Below are positions 46,117 through 54,681 of a stretch of 64,000 nucleotides of DNA, one piece after another. The DNA is taken from assembly GCA_017464805.1 (NCBI GenBank), contig JAFTYE010000004.1, positions 6,412 to 70,411 of the forward strand, read 5' to 3'. This stretch comes from Clostridia bacterium (GTDB lineage Bacteria; Bacillota; Clostridia; Oscillospirales; CAG-272). How positions within the stretch are numbered: the stretch's first letter is position 1; each line of letters opens with the position of its first letter. The notes beneath the pieces are model-generated. The model did no database searches and was not told the DNA's origin. It was given only the letters and a program-made list of their open reading frames with translations. Made by a program: the position numbers and the translations under genes.

Positions 46117-48051
46117 ATGATCGTATTAAGTGCCACAGGGCTTTCGCTCTCCTTTGGGGATACGCCCGTTTTACGTGACGTGTCCTTTTCGGTAAACGAG
46201 GGGGATCGTCTCGGCATCATCGGCGTCAACGGCGCGGGCAAAACGACCCTGCTTCGCCTGATCACGGGCGAGGCAGAGCCGTCGGAGGGCTCGGTCTTTT
46301 TGTCGCGCGATAAGAGCGTGGGCGTTCTCTATCAGAACACGGCCGAAATGGCACTGAAAGGAGAAGAAACACTCCTTGACCACATGATCTCCGCCTTTCC
46401 CGAGCTTCTTGCGCAGGAGGAGGAGATCACCGCGCGCGAGACGGAGCTTTCCCGCTTGTCCGAGGCAGGGGACGAGGCCGCGGCCATCCGCGTGGGGGCT
46501 GCGCTTGAGGAGGCGCACCGCCGCTATGCCGCGGGCGGGGGGCTTGAATTCCGCGGCCGATGCCGCGCCATGCTGCTTCGCATGGGTTTTACGGAAAGTG
46601 AGCTGTCGCTTCCCGTGTCCGCCCTTTCGGGCGGTCAGAACACGCGCCTCGCGCTCTCGCGGCTCCTCTGCCGTGAGCCGGATATCCTTATGCTCGATGA
46701 GCCGACCAACCACCTGGATATTGCCGCGCTCACTTGGTTAGAGGACTTTCTCGTGTCCTATCCCAAAACGGTGCTGCTCATCTCGCACGACCGTTATTTC
46801 CTTGACCGTGTGACCACGAAGACCCTGCACATCGAGCATACCCGCGCGCGCCTGTATCCCGGCAACTATACCAAGGCAAAGCAGCTGCGCGAGGAAGAAA
46901 ATGCCTCGACCGAAAAACGATACAAGCAGCAGCAAAAGGACATCGCCAAAATCGAGGCGAACATCGCCTTCCAACGCCGTTGCGGACAGGAACATAACTT
47001 CGTCACCATCCGCGCCAAGCAAAAGCAGCTTGACCGCATGGAAAAGGTGGAGCTCGCCCCGCCATCCCCGAAGGACATTCGTCTTTCCTTTCGCGAAAGC
47101 GAACTGCCATCGGGCAACGATGTGTTGACGGCGAAGGCACTCTCCTTCTCGTTCGGCGAAAAGCCGCTGATCGAGGGAATGGACTTTCTCATCCGCCGCG
47201 GTGAGCGTGTTTTGTTCCTCGGGCAGAACGGTTGCGGAAAATCTACTCTGATGAAGCTACTGGTCGGGCGGCTCTCGCCGCGCTCCGGCAGGCTGGACAC
47301 GGGTGCGAATGTCAAGATCGGCTACTATGACCAGGAAAACGATACTCTGGATGAACGAAACACCGTTTTTTCCGAGCTCCGCGAAACCTATCCGCATAAG
47401 ACCGATTTCGAGCTTCGCTCGGCACTTGCACTTTTTTTGTTCGGTGCAGAGGAAATGGTCAAGCCCGTGTCGGTGTTAAGCGGCGGAGAGCGTGCCCGCC
47501 TTACCCTTGCCAAGCTGGTGCTCACCGAGATCAACCTGTTGGTTCTGGACGAGCCGACCAACCACCTGGACATCGGCTCACGCGAGGTGCTGGAGGAGGC
47601 CATCCTCGGCTTTGGAGGTACGGTGGTGGCCGTGTCGCACGACCGTTACTTCATCAACCGCGTGGCCACGCGCCTTGTGGAGCTTGACCCCGCCGTGCCG
47701 CATGGCTGCCGCGATTATCCGCTCTCCGAGGGAGAGGATGGCTATGCCTGTTACCGCCGCATGCGCGAGGAACGAGAAGCCGCCGCGACCGCCGAGAAGA
47801 AGGCCACCCCCGTCTCCGAGGGCAAGCTACTCTACGAGCAGGCCAAGCGCGAGAATGCCGAGCGTCGCTCGCAGGAGCGTCGCCGCTCCGCCGCAGAGAA
47901 GAAGATCCCCCTTCTCGAAGTGGAGCTGGAGGAGCTGCAAAAGGAGCTGTTCGGCTCTGCCGCGACGAACTACGTCCGTGCCGCCGAGATCGAGGCACGC
48001 CGCGCCGAGATCGAAGAGGAGCTGCTCTCGCTCTATGAGCTGACCATGTGA
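46117..48051 (+). CDS. ABC-F family ATPase (two ABC domains, no TM domain, charged coiled-coil C-terminal extension)
   Basis: Two Walker A motifs (GVNGAGKTT, GQNGCGKST), two LSGG signatures, and an EERE/RRSQERRR-rich tail. Confidence 0.9.
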   Translation: MIVLSATGLSLSFGDTPVLRDVSFSVNEGDRLGIIGVNGAGKTTLLRLITGEAEPSEGSVFLSRDKSVGVLYQNTAEMALKGEETLLDHMISAFPELLAQEEEITARETELSRLSEAGDEAAAIRVGAALEEAHRRYAAGGGLEFRGRCRAMLLRMGFTESELSLPVSALSGGQNTRLALSRLLCREPDILMLDEPTNHLDIAALTWLEDFLVSYPKTVLLISHDRYFLDRVTTKTLHIEHTRARLYPGNYTKAKQLREEENASTEKRYKQQQKDIAKIEANIAFQRRCGQEHNFVTIRAKQKQLDRMEKVELAPPSPKDIRLSFRESELPSGNDVLTAKALSFSFGEKPLIEGMDFLIRRGERVLFLGQNGCGKSTLMKLLVGRLSPRSGRLDTGANVKIGYYDQENDTLDERNTVFSELRETYPHKTDFELRSALALFLFGAEEMVKPVSVLSGGERARLTLAKLVLTEINLLVLDEPTNHLDIGSREVLEEAILGFGGTVVAVSHDRYFINRVATRLVELDPAVPHGCRDYPLSEGEDGYACYRRMREEREAAATAEKKATPVSEGKLLYEQAKRENAERRSQERRRSAAEKKIPLLEVELEELQKELFGSAATNYVRAAEIEARRAEIEEELLSLYELTM

Positions 48052-48137
48052 GGCCATATAGAAAGGAAGGAAAAGCACCCTTCCTTTCGTTTTATGCTTG
48101 CGCGAAAAAATTTTTCGAAAAAATTTTGGAAAAACTA

Positions 48138-48166
48138 TTGACAAAACAGGATCCGTCTGCTATACT
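48138..48166 (+). promoter_or_regulatory. Consensus sigma-A promoter with no CDS downstream
   Basis: TTGACA (48138-48143), 17-nt spacer, TATACT (48161-48166). Confidence 0.7.
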
Positions 48167-48172
48167 GTTAGT

Positions 48173-48935
48173 ACAAGAGATACAAAAATCTTGAAAGCGA
48201 GGTACTAAAAATGGTCAAAATCACCAAGTACAGTACTCCGCGGTGTATGCGCTGACCTTTCGAAAGGTCCCCGCTAATGAAAGTGAACAAGGCGCATAGA
48301 CCGCGAAAAAGAAGGAAGTCGGTTTGTGTGCCTTTTTTGATCGCAAAATATGCAAGCCTATCCGTCCCTGCGTGTGTAGAGGAAAGAAGGAACAGAAGGA
48401 ATACGCACGAGTCCCGCGTCACCGTCGGTGACCGATACGCAAGGGCGGCAGTCCATCTCAGGGGAGATGAGGGTTGTTCCGCGCAAATCCAAAAAGGAGG
48501 ACACTCCCATGTACACGTGAGTGCCGCACAAGACCCCAAATCAAACCGGAGGTCAGTCCAATGAACAGTGAGAAATTTCACTAAACCTTTATAATAGAAT
48601 ACACAAAGAAAGAAGGGGTCGCTAAGAAAATTCTTGCTTCTTACCGCTTTGTCCGTCGGTGGCTGCCACCTAATGGCTGATGCCGAAAGGCAAACAACAA
48701 GCAACGCTTTTAAGCAATAGTCTGACGATTCCGAACGTTCTGAATTCAGGAAATTGAGGTATAGTCCAATGGCATAAGAAGACGGTCGTAACCCAAACAA
48801 GTAAGAAAGGAGGGCAAAAAACCTAATGAAGCCCCAAACTTTCCGTACGCGAAACGGTTACAAAACCACCGCCATCTCCGTGCTCATGGAATGGGTATAA
48901 CGCCGAAGAACACTTCGGCGTTATTTTTTTGTCTT
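48173..48935 (+). ncRNA. Candidate large (about 760 nt) highly structured non-coding RNA; family unassigned
   Basis: Bounded by the promoter above and a strong terminator. No credible ORF. GC is visibly lower than in flanking CDS. Nested long-range helices, a GNRA hairpin and purine-rich loops are described in the findings. Confidence 0.6.
48899..48935 (+). terminator. Intrinsic terminator closing the non-coding unit
   Basis: AACGCCGAAG-AACA-CTTCGGCGTT followed by ATTTTTTTGTCTTTTTT. Confidence 0.85.
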
Positions 48936-49006
48936 TTTTGCCCGAGATCCCGCCACGCTCCGCGTGGCGCCGCTTTGCGGTTCGACTGCGGCCGCTGACA
49001 CCGAAG

Positions 49007-49093
49007 GTGTCATTCTGAGCGCGGCGCAGCGAAGTCGAACCCGCAGGGCGATGCGGAGCATCGGAATTCGGCGGCCTACGCTCGGGATGACAC
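49007..49093 (+). repeat. 87-nt imperfect inverted repeat (REP-like long hairpin) whose mismatches are G-U pairs only on the + strand
   Basis: GTGTCATTCTGAGCG (49007-49021) pairs with CGCTCGGGATGACAC (49079-49093): 15 pairs, two of them T-G. Confidence 0.5.
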
Positions 49094-49146
49094 GGGTGCA
49101 GACGCGGTCGGTTTCTGCAAGAAACGTAAGCCCCCTCCCGAGGGGG

Positions 49147-49181
49147 GCTAAAAACCACCCTTGGTCACGACCAAGGGTGGT
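49147..49181 (-). terminator. Intrinsic terminator of mnmG
   Basis: ACCACCCTTGGTC-GTG-ACCAAGGGTGGT followed by TTTT on the minus strand. A second hairpin GCCCCCTC/GGGGGGGC lies at 49130-49148. Confidence 0.85.
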
Positions 49182-49186
49182 TAGTT

Positions 49187-51076
49187 TTATTCTCTCCCAT
49201 ACCGCTCTTTCAGATAAATCAGCAGGACGGTGATGTCGGCGGGGTTGACGCCGCTGATGCGGGCGGCCTGGCCGACATTCAGGGGACGGATGGCCGCCAG
49301 CTTCTCGGCCGCCTCGATGCGAAGCCCTTTCAGGGACAGGTAATCGATGTCGGCGGGGAGCTTCTTGCTTTCGAGCTTCGCCGTGCGCTCGGCTTCTGCC
49401 TTTTCACGGTGGATATAGCCCTCGTATTTCACCTGCACCTCAACCGTCGTGCGGACGGCACGGGGCAGGTCGGGGCGGCTCCGGTCGATTGCGGCAAGAG
49501 AAGCATAGCTGACCTCGGGGCGGCGGAGAAGCTCCGCGAGGTGCACGCCGGTGGTGAGCGGGGTCGAGCCAAGCGAGGTGAGCAGGGCATTGACCTGCTC
49601 CGAGGGCGGCACGGTTGCCTTTTCCAGGCGCGCGATCTCGTCCTCAATCTGTTTCCGTTTCTCACAGAAAGCGGCATAACGCTCGGAGGAAAGAAGCCCC
49701 ACACGGTGGCCGACATCCGACAGGCGCAGGTCGGCGTTGTCCTGTCGGAGAAGAAGCCTGTATTCGGAGCGCGAGGTCATCATGCGGTAGGGCTCATCCG
49801 TGCCCTTGGTGACCAGATCGTCGATCAGCGTGCCGATGTACGAGGACGAGCGTGACAGGATCATCGGCTCCTCGCCTTTTTCGGCCAGCGCGGCGTTGAT
49901 GCCGGCGACAAGCCCCTGTGCGGCGGCCTCCTCGTAGCCCGAGGTGCCGTTGAACTGCCCTGCGCCGTAAAGCCCCTCGATATCCTTGAAGGCGAGGGTG
50001 GGGTAGAGCGAGAGTGGGTCGATGCAATCGTATTCGATGGCGTAGCCGTAGCGCATGATCTCGGCGCGCTCAAAGCCGGGCAGCGAACGGATCATCTCGT
50101 GCTGTACGTCCGCGGGCATGGAAGTCGAGAAGCCGCTGATGTACATTTCCTCGCTTGCCGTGCCCGTTGGCTCCACGAAAAGCTGATGTCGTTCCTTGTC
50201 TGCAAAGCGCACGATCTTGGTTTCGATCGAGGGGCAGTAGCGCGGGCCTGTGCCCGTGATGTTGCCCGAATACATGGCACTGCGGTCAAGGTTGCTTCGG
50301 ATGATATCGTGGGTATTTTTGTTCGTGTACACGATATGGCAGGAGATCTGTTCGCGCTTGCCGAACTCCTTCTCGTCCGTGCGGACGGAGAAGGGAACGG
50401 TGTTCTCCTCGCCGCGCTGCTCCTCCAGTACCGACAGATCGATCGAACGGCGCGAAACGCGCGCAGGCGTTCCCGTCTTGAAGCGCATCATCTTCACGCC
50501 CGCCGCGGCAAGCGAGGCCGACAGGGCGTTTGCGGGAAGCATCCCGTCAGGGCCAGAGGGCGCAACGTAAGATCCGATGAACACAGCACCAGAAAGATAC
50601 GTGCCCGTGGCAAGGATCACGCGGGAGGCGCGCCACTCCTCGCCAAGGGCGGTGCGAACGCCGCACACGCGGCGGCCGTTTTCGGCATCCTCGAATAAAA
50701 TGTCGGTGATCTCCGTCTGCACAAGACGCAGATTCGGCTCGTGCTCGATCGTTTCCTTCATGAGCTGACGGTAAAGCATGCGGTCGGCCTGCACGCGGCG
50801 CGCATGCACCGCCGCGCCCTTGCCGAGATTCAGCGTGCGGGATTGCAGGGTCACGCGGTCGGTAGCATAGCCCATCTCGCCGCCCAGTGCGTCGATCTCA
50901 TAGACCAGATGCCCTTTTCCGCTTCCCCCGATGGAGGGGTTGCAGGGCATGTTGGCAATAGCGTCCAGCGATAGGGTAAAGAGAACGGTCGGCACACCCA
51001 TGCGCGAGGCGGCCAAGGCGGCCTCAACGCCCGCATGACCCGCGCCGATAACGGCGATCTTGGTGGAAAGCTCCAT
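49187..51076 (-). CDS. mnmG: tRNA uridine-5-carboxymethylaminomethyl(34) synthesis enzyme MnmG (GidA)
   Basis: FAD motif VIGAGHAGVEAA, NPSIGGSGKGHLVYEIDALGG, 629 aa. Confidence 0.95.
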   Translation of the reverse strand: MELSTKIAVIGAGHAGVEAALAASRMGVPTVLFTLSLDAIANMPCNPSIGGSGKGHLVYEIDALGGEMGYATDRVTLQSRTLNLGKGAAVHARRVQADRMLYRQLMKETIEHEPNLRLVQTEITDILFEDAENGRRVCGVRTALGEEWRASRVILATGTYLSGAVFIGSYVAPSGPDGMLPANALSASLAAAGVKMMRFKTGTPARVSRRSIDLSVLEEQRGEENTVPFSVRTDEKEFGKREQISCHIVYTNKNTHDIIRSNLDRSAMYSGNITGTGPRYCPSIETKIVRFADKERHQLFVEPTGTASEEMYISGFSTSMPADVQHEMIRSLPGFERAEIMRYGYAIEYDCIDPLSLYPTLAFKDIEGLYGAGQFNGTSGYEEAAAQGLVAGINAALAEKGEEPMILSRSSSYIGTLIDDLVTKGTDEPYRMMTSRSEYRLLLRQDNADLRLSDVGHRVGLLSSERYAAFCEKRKQIEDEIARLEKATVPPSEQVNALLTSLGSTPLTTGVHLAELLRRPEVSYASLAAIDRSRPDLPRAVRTTVEVQVKYEGYIHREKAEAERTAKLESKKLPADIDYLSLKGLRIEAAEKLAAIRPLNVGQAARISGVNPADITVLLIYLKERYGRE

Positions 51077-51137
51077 GCCTTTTCCTTTCTTACTCGTAAA
51101 GTAGTTGAGCGACCTGCTTTCACAGGTCGCTCTCGTG

Positions 51138-53018
51138 TTACGCCTCGGCGGCTTCCTCGTTCTGCACGGCGTCGGCCATGCGGCGGTTCTCCTCGATCGG
51201 AGAGGGACGGCGGAAGCCCGCGGGCGGACGGCGCATCTGCTTCAGAATCGCGCTCTTCATGCGGCTGTGAGTTGTGTAGCCCGCCGCCTCGGCACGGGCG
51301 TACCACATGGTAGCCGTTTCCTCATTCAGCGGCACACCGTAGCCGAATTCGTAGTGACAACCGAGCGCACTCATGGCGCGTGCATTGCCAAGGCCTGCGG
51401 CCAGACGGCGGAATTGCAGAGAAAGAACGGTATCGCCCTCCTCCCCGCGCGAAAGCACGGCACAGGATGCGGCGTATACGCGCTGGCCGACCTTCTTTCT
51501 GCGGCGCGCGGTATTCTCGGCGATGATCTCATCGGCACGGGAAACCCCCCGCTTCTTGGCGCGGGCCAGGTACTCGTTTGCCTTGGCGTAGTCGTAGGAA
51601 AGTCCGCCCTCACCGCGCAGGTGGCAAACAGCCAGGTTCAACTCGGCGGTGCCGTTGCCCTGCTCGGCCGCCATCTTGTAATAGCGGACGGCGCGGCGCA
51701 TATCTACGTCACAACCCTTGCCGTTCTGGTAGCAATAGCCCAGGTTGCACTGTGCACCGGGGTGGCCGCACTCGGCGGCGATCTCGTAGTATTTCAGGGC
51801 ATCCTCGTAGTTGCCCTTTTCGTAGGCCTCTACGCCGTGGTTGTAAAGCTCGGTCATGTCGCCGCGGATGGCGTTGACCTTCTTGATGGCCTCGCCGTAG
51901 CCCTGCGTGGCGGATTTCTTGTACCAATCCATCGCGGCCTGAATGTCGCGGTCGACCATCTGGGCGTTGAAATAGCAGCCTGCCACGATGAACTGTGCGC
52001 GTGCGTGACCGTTTTCGGCGGCGGTCAGGTAGCACTCAAAGGCGCGTGCCTCGTCCTTTTCCACGCCGCGACCGTAGCGATAGCAGTCACCGAGGTTGAG
52101 CCAGGCGGTGTCGTATCCGCCGCGTGCGGCAAGGCCGTACCAGACGGCGGCGGCCGCCTCGTCCTGCGGCACACCCTGTCCCTTTTCACAGCAAACGCCC
52201 AGGTTGTTCTGCGCGTGGGCGTAGCCGTCCTTGGCCGCCAAACTGTACATCAGCGCGGCAACAGTGTACTTGCCCTCTGCATACGCGCGATAGCCAAGCT
52301 CAAAGCGCTCCTCGTTGCGGTACTTCACATCCATCTGGGGCGGCACCTCGGAGAATACGTGGCCGCCAAGCTGGCCGATCATGCGGTCAGCAGCACGGAT
52401 GCCGCCGTTGTAGGCGATCTCCGCATAATACTTTTCAAAAGCGGGGTTCTTGCGTACCCCGCGGCCCTCGTGATACAGCTTGGCCAGGCTGTAAGCGGCC
52501 TCAAAGTCGCCGTCCTCGCTCGCCAGCGTGTACCAGTAGGCGGCGCGGATGGGATTTTCGGGAATGCCCTCACCCGTCGAGTAGCAGTCGCCCACCATGC
52601 GGCGCGCACCAGCGACGCCCAGCTCCGCCGCGATGCGAAGCCAGAAATAGGCGCGGTCAGCCTCGGGCATACCGAGATACCGCTCACGCAGGCAGAAGGC
52701 CAGGTGGTATGCCGCCTCGGCATGGCCCTGCTCCGCGGCCAGACGGTAGTAGACCGTCGCACGCGAGGGGCTAAGCTCCACCCCGTCACCAAACTCATAG
52801 CAACGGCCTAGCTGATACTGTGCGGGCGCGTAGCCGTACTCGGCCGCGCGGCGATACGCCTCTGCCTTCTCGGGCAGCTGCGTGTCGGGAATTCCCTCGG
52901 CAATAGCAAAAAGAACCTCTACGTCACGAAGCGGCAACGTGCAATCCTGCGCGCAAAAGGGGCATTTCTGAATATTCCCCGCGCTGTGCCATTCACTGCC
53001 GCAATTTTTACATTTCAT
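51138..53018 (-). CDS. Large Sel1-like repeat (SLR/TPR-type) protein with an N-terminal CxxC...CxxC zinc ribbon
   Basis: MKCKNCGSEW...CPFC, then more than 12 repeats of the pattern A..W(Y)..AAEQG...AQ..LG.CY..G.GV..D. Confidence 0.8.
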   Translation of the reverse strand: MKCKNCGSEWHSAGNIQKCPFCAQDCTLPLRDVEVLFAIAEGIPDTQLPEKAEAYRRAAEYGYAPAQYQLGRCYEFGDGVELSPSRATVYYRLAAEQGHAEAAYHLAFCLRERYLGMPEADRAYFWLRIAAELGVAGARRMVGDCYSTGEGIPENPIRAAYWYTLASEDGDFEAAYSLAKLYHEGRGVRKNPAFEKYYAEIAYNGGIRAADRMIGQLGGHVFSEVPPQMDVKYRNEERFELGYRAYAEGKYTVAALMYSLAAKDGYAHAQNNLGVCCEKGQGVPQDEAAAAVWYGLAARGGYDTAWLNLGDCYRYGRGVEKDEARAFECYLTAAENGHARAQFIVAGCYFNAQMVDRDIQAAMDWYKKSATQGYGEAIKKVNAIRGDMTELYNHGVEAYEKGNYEDALKYYEIAAECGHPGAQCNLGYCYQNGKGCDVDMRRAVRYYKMAAEQGNGTAELNLAVCHLRGEGGLSYDYAKANEYLARAKKRGVSRADEIIAENTARRRKKVGQRVYAASCAVLSRGEEGDTVLSLQFRRLAAGLGNARAMSALGCHYEFGYGVPLNEETATMWYARAEAAGYTTHSRMKSAILKQMRRPPAGFRRPSPIEENRRMADAVQNEEAAEA

Positions 53019-53077
53019 GCGAATACCTCCGCCAATTATTCAAAAGTTGTTTCAAAGTGATATACCCGTTCTATTAT

Positions 53078-53105
53078 ATTGTAACATGAAAACGGATTTT
53101 GTCAA
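53078..53105 (-). promoter_or_regulatory. Sigma-A promoter of the Sel1-repeat gene
   Basis: TTGACA (53105-53100), 16-nt spacer, TGt-TACAAT (53083-53078). Confidence 0.65.
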
Positions 53106-53213
53106 GTACCCGAGCATGGGAAAGGCATAAAATTTCACGCCCTCCTTTCACCGTTTTTTGCGCACGCAGTGCTGCAATATCTTCTCTTTTTACTTGAAAT
53201 ATTTCCCTTTTGC

Positions 53214-53242
53214 TTGACTTTGTTCGAAAAAGGTGCTATCAT
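53214..53242 (+). promoter_or_regulatory. Sigma-A promoter of the MATE-HD operon
   Basis: TTGACT (53214-53219), 17-nt spacer, TGc-TATCAT (53237-53242). Confidence 0.6.
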
Positions 53243-53277
53243 ACCCTCGAAAGCATCGGTTATTTTGAGGTTATGAA

Positions 53278-54681
53278 ATGAGTACCGTTCACATAAAAAA
53301 GAGAACAGAGGTGGATATGACGGAAGGGAAGCTGCTTCCCAAGATCCTGACCTTCGCCCTGCCTGTTCTTCTCTCCAACGTCCTGCAATGCTTGTATAAC
53401 GCCGCCGACATCATTGTGGTCGGCCGTTTTGCCAGCGACCTGGCCCTTGCCGCCGTGGGTGCAACCACCTCGGTCATCAACCTCGTCATCAATCTGTTTA
53501 TCGCCATCTCCGCCGGTGTCAGCGTGACCGTGGCCACCGCCGTCGGCGCACGTAACCATGAGCGCGCGCAAAAGCTGGTGCACTCGGCCATTTTGCTGGC
53601 GATCGTGTTCGGCTCGGCCGTTACCGTGGGAAGCATCTTTCTCACCCGCCCGCTCCTTGAAATGATGGACACCCCCACCGACATCATCGATATGTCCGCC
53701 GACTATATGCGGATCTTCCTCGGCGGTGCGGTCTTTAATCTCGTTTACAACTTTGGCGCGGCGATTTTGCGCGCCTCGGGCGACTCCCGCCGCCCGCTCT
53801 ACTACTTGACCATCGCGGGCATCACCAACGTTTTTCTGAACTTCTTCTTCGTGATCGTGTGCGACATGACTGCCGCGGGCGTTGCGCTGGCCACCACCAT
53901 CGCGCAGGCCATCTCGGCCATCCTCGTCGTCATTCGCTTGCTCCGTCACGAGGGGGATTGCCGTCTTTCCTTCAAAAAGCTCCGTTTCTTCGGAAGCGAA
54001 ACCAAGGACATCCTTCGCATGGGTCTGCCCGGCAGCGTGCAGAGTCTGGTCTTCAGCCTCTCCAACACCATGATCCAGGCATCCGTCAACTCCTTTCATA
54101 ACAGCCAGCTCGTCGCGGGCAACTCCGCCGCCCTGAATGTGGAAAGCTTCGTCTACAATGGCATGAACGCGATGTACACCACCGCCGTTACCGCCGTCGG
54201 TCAGAACGTCGGCGCGGGCAAATACGACCGTATCGGAAAGGTCATGCGCTACTGTGTGGCCACGGTCATCTGCATCGGACTTGTGCTGGGTGGGGCGTCC
54301 TACCTGTTTGCCGAGCCGCTGCTTGGCGTGTACCTGCCCAAATCACCCGATGCCGTGCAGTACGGCGTGATCCGACTCTCCATTATCGGATTTACCTACT
54401 TTGTGTGCGGCATTATGGATACGCTCGTCGGTTGCCAACGTGGTATGGGCACTACTCTTGTGCCGATGATCGCCTCGGTCAGCGGCGTGTGCGGCATCCG
54501 GATTGTATGGATCATGACCGTGTTCGCGTACTTCCGCACGCTGGAGTCGCTTTACCTCTCCTACCCCGCCACCTGGATCTTTACCGCCATCCTGCAGTTT
54601 GTTCTGTATACGGTGGTCAAAAGACGCATGGTGCGCCGTGCAACCTCTTATTCAACCGAAAAAGAAAGGATTCCCGCATGA
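53278..54681 (+). CDS. MATE-family efflux transporter
   Basis: 467 aa, 12 TM. N-terminal LLPKILTFALPVLLSNVLQCLYNAADIIVVGR is typical of the MATE/NorM family. Confidence 0.9.
   Translation: MSTVHIKKRTEVDMTEGKLLPKILTFALPVLLSNVLQCLYNAADIIVVGRFASDLALAAVGATTSVINLVINLFIAISAGVSVTVATAVGARNHERAQKLVHSAILLAIVFGSAVTVGSIFLTRPLLEMMDTPTDIIDMSADYMRIFLGGAVFNLVYNFGAAILRASGDSRRPLYYLTIAGITNVFLNFFFVIVCDMTAAGVALATTIAQAISAILVVIRLLRHEGDCRLSFKKLRFFGSETKDILRMGLPGSVQSLVFSLSNTMIQASVNSFHNSQLVAGNSAALNVESFVYNGMNAMYTTAVTAVGQNVGAGKYDRIGKVMRYCVATVICIGLVLGGASYLFAEPLLGVYLPKSPDAVQYGVIRLSIIGFTYFVCGIMDTLVGCQRGMGTTLVPMIASVSGVCGIRIVWIMTVFAYFRTLESLYLSYPATWIFTAILQFVLYTVVKRRMVRRATSYSTEKERIPA

Noticed and set aside
48168-48800. 210-aa (- strand) ORF, and a 95-aa (+ strand, 48277-48564) ORF, inside the gene-free gap
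   Set aside because: Neither has an SD. The sequences are low-complexity or Cys/Leu/Phe-rich nonsense, and the minus ORF would run into the + strand promoter. The region is better explained as structured RNA.
48173-48935. Whether the large non-coding unit is RNase P RNA, tmRNA, SRP RNA, 6S RNA, a group II intron or a CRISPR/tracr element
   Set aside because: I could not find the RNase P GAGGAAAGUCC/ACAGAAA cores, a tmRNA tRNA-like end with a tag ORF, the SRP domain IV GGAA/AGCAG motif, a group II domain V with 5' GUGYG, or any direct repeats. The size also does not fit most of these. The family stays unassigned rather than named.
48975-49045. tRNA-like GGTTCGA / GTCGAACCC strings
   Set aside because: The flanking bases do not form a T-arm, and no acceptor or anticodon arms can be drawn. 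These are coincidental words inside the hairpin cluster.
51105-52811. 568-aa ORF on the + strand
   Set aside because: It is entirely antisense to the Sel1-repeat gene. Its composition is Ala/Gly/Val/Leu/Arg-rich, as expected for the reverse frame of a GC-rich gene. It has no SD, and the opposite strand carries clear repeat motifs and a promoter.
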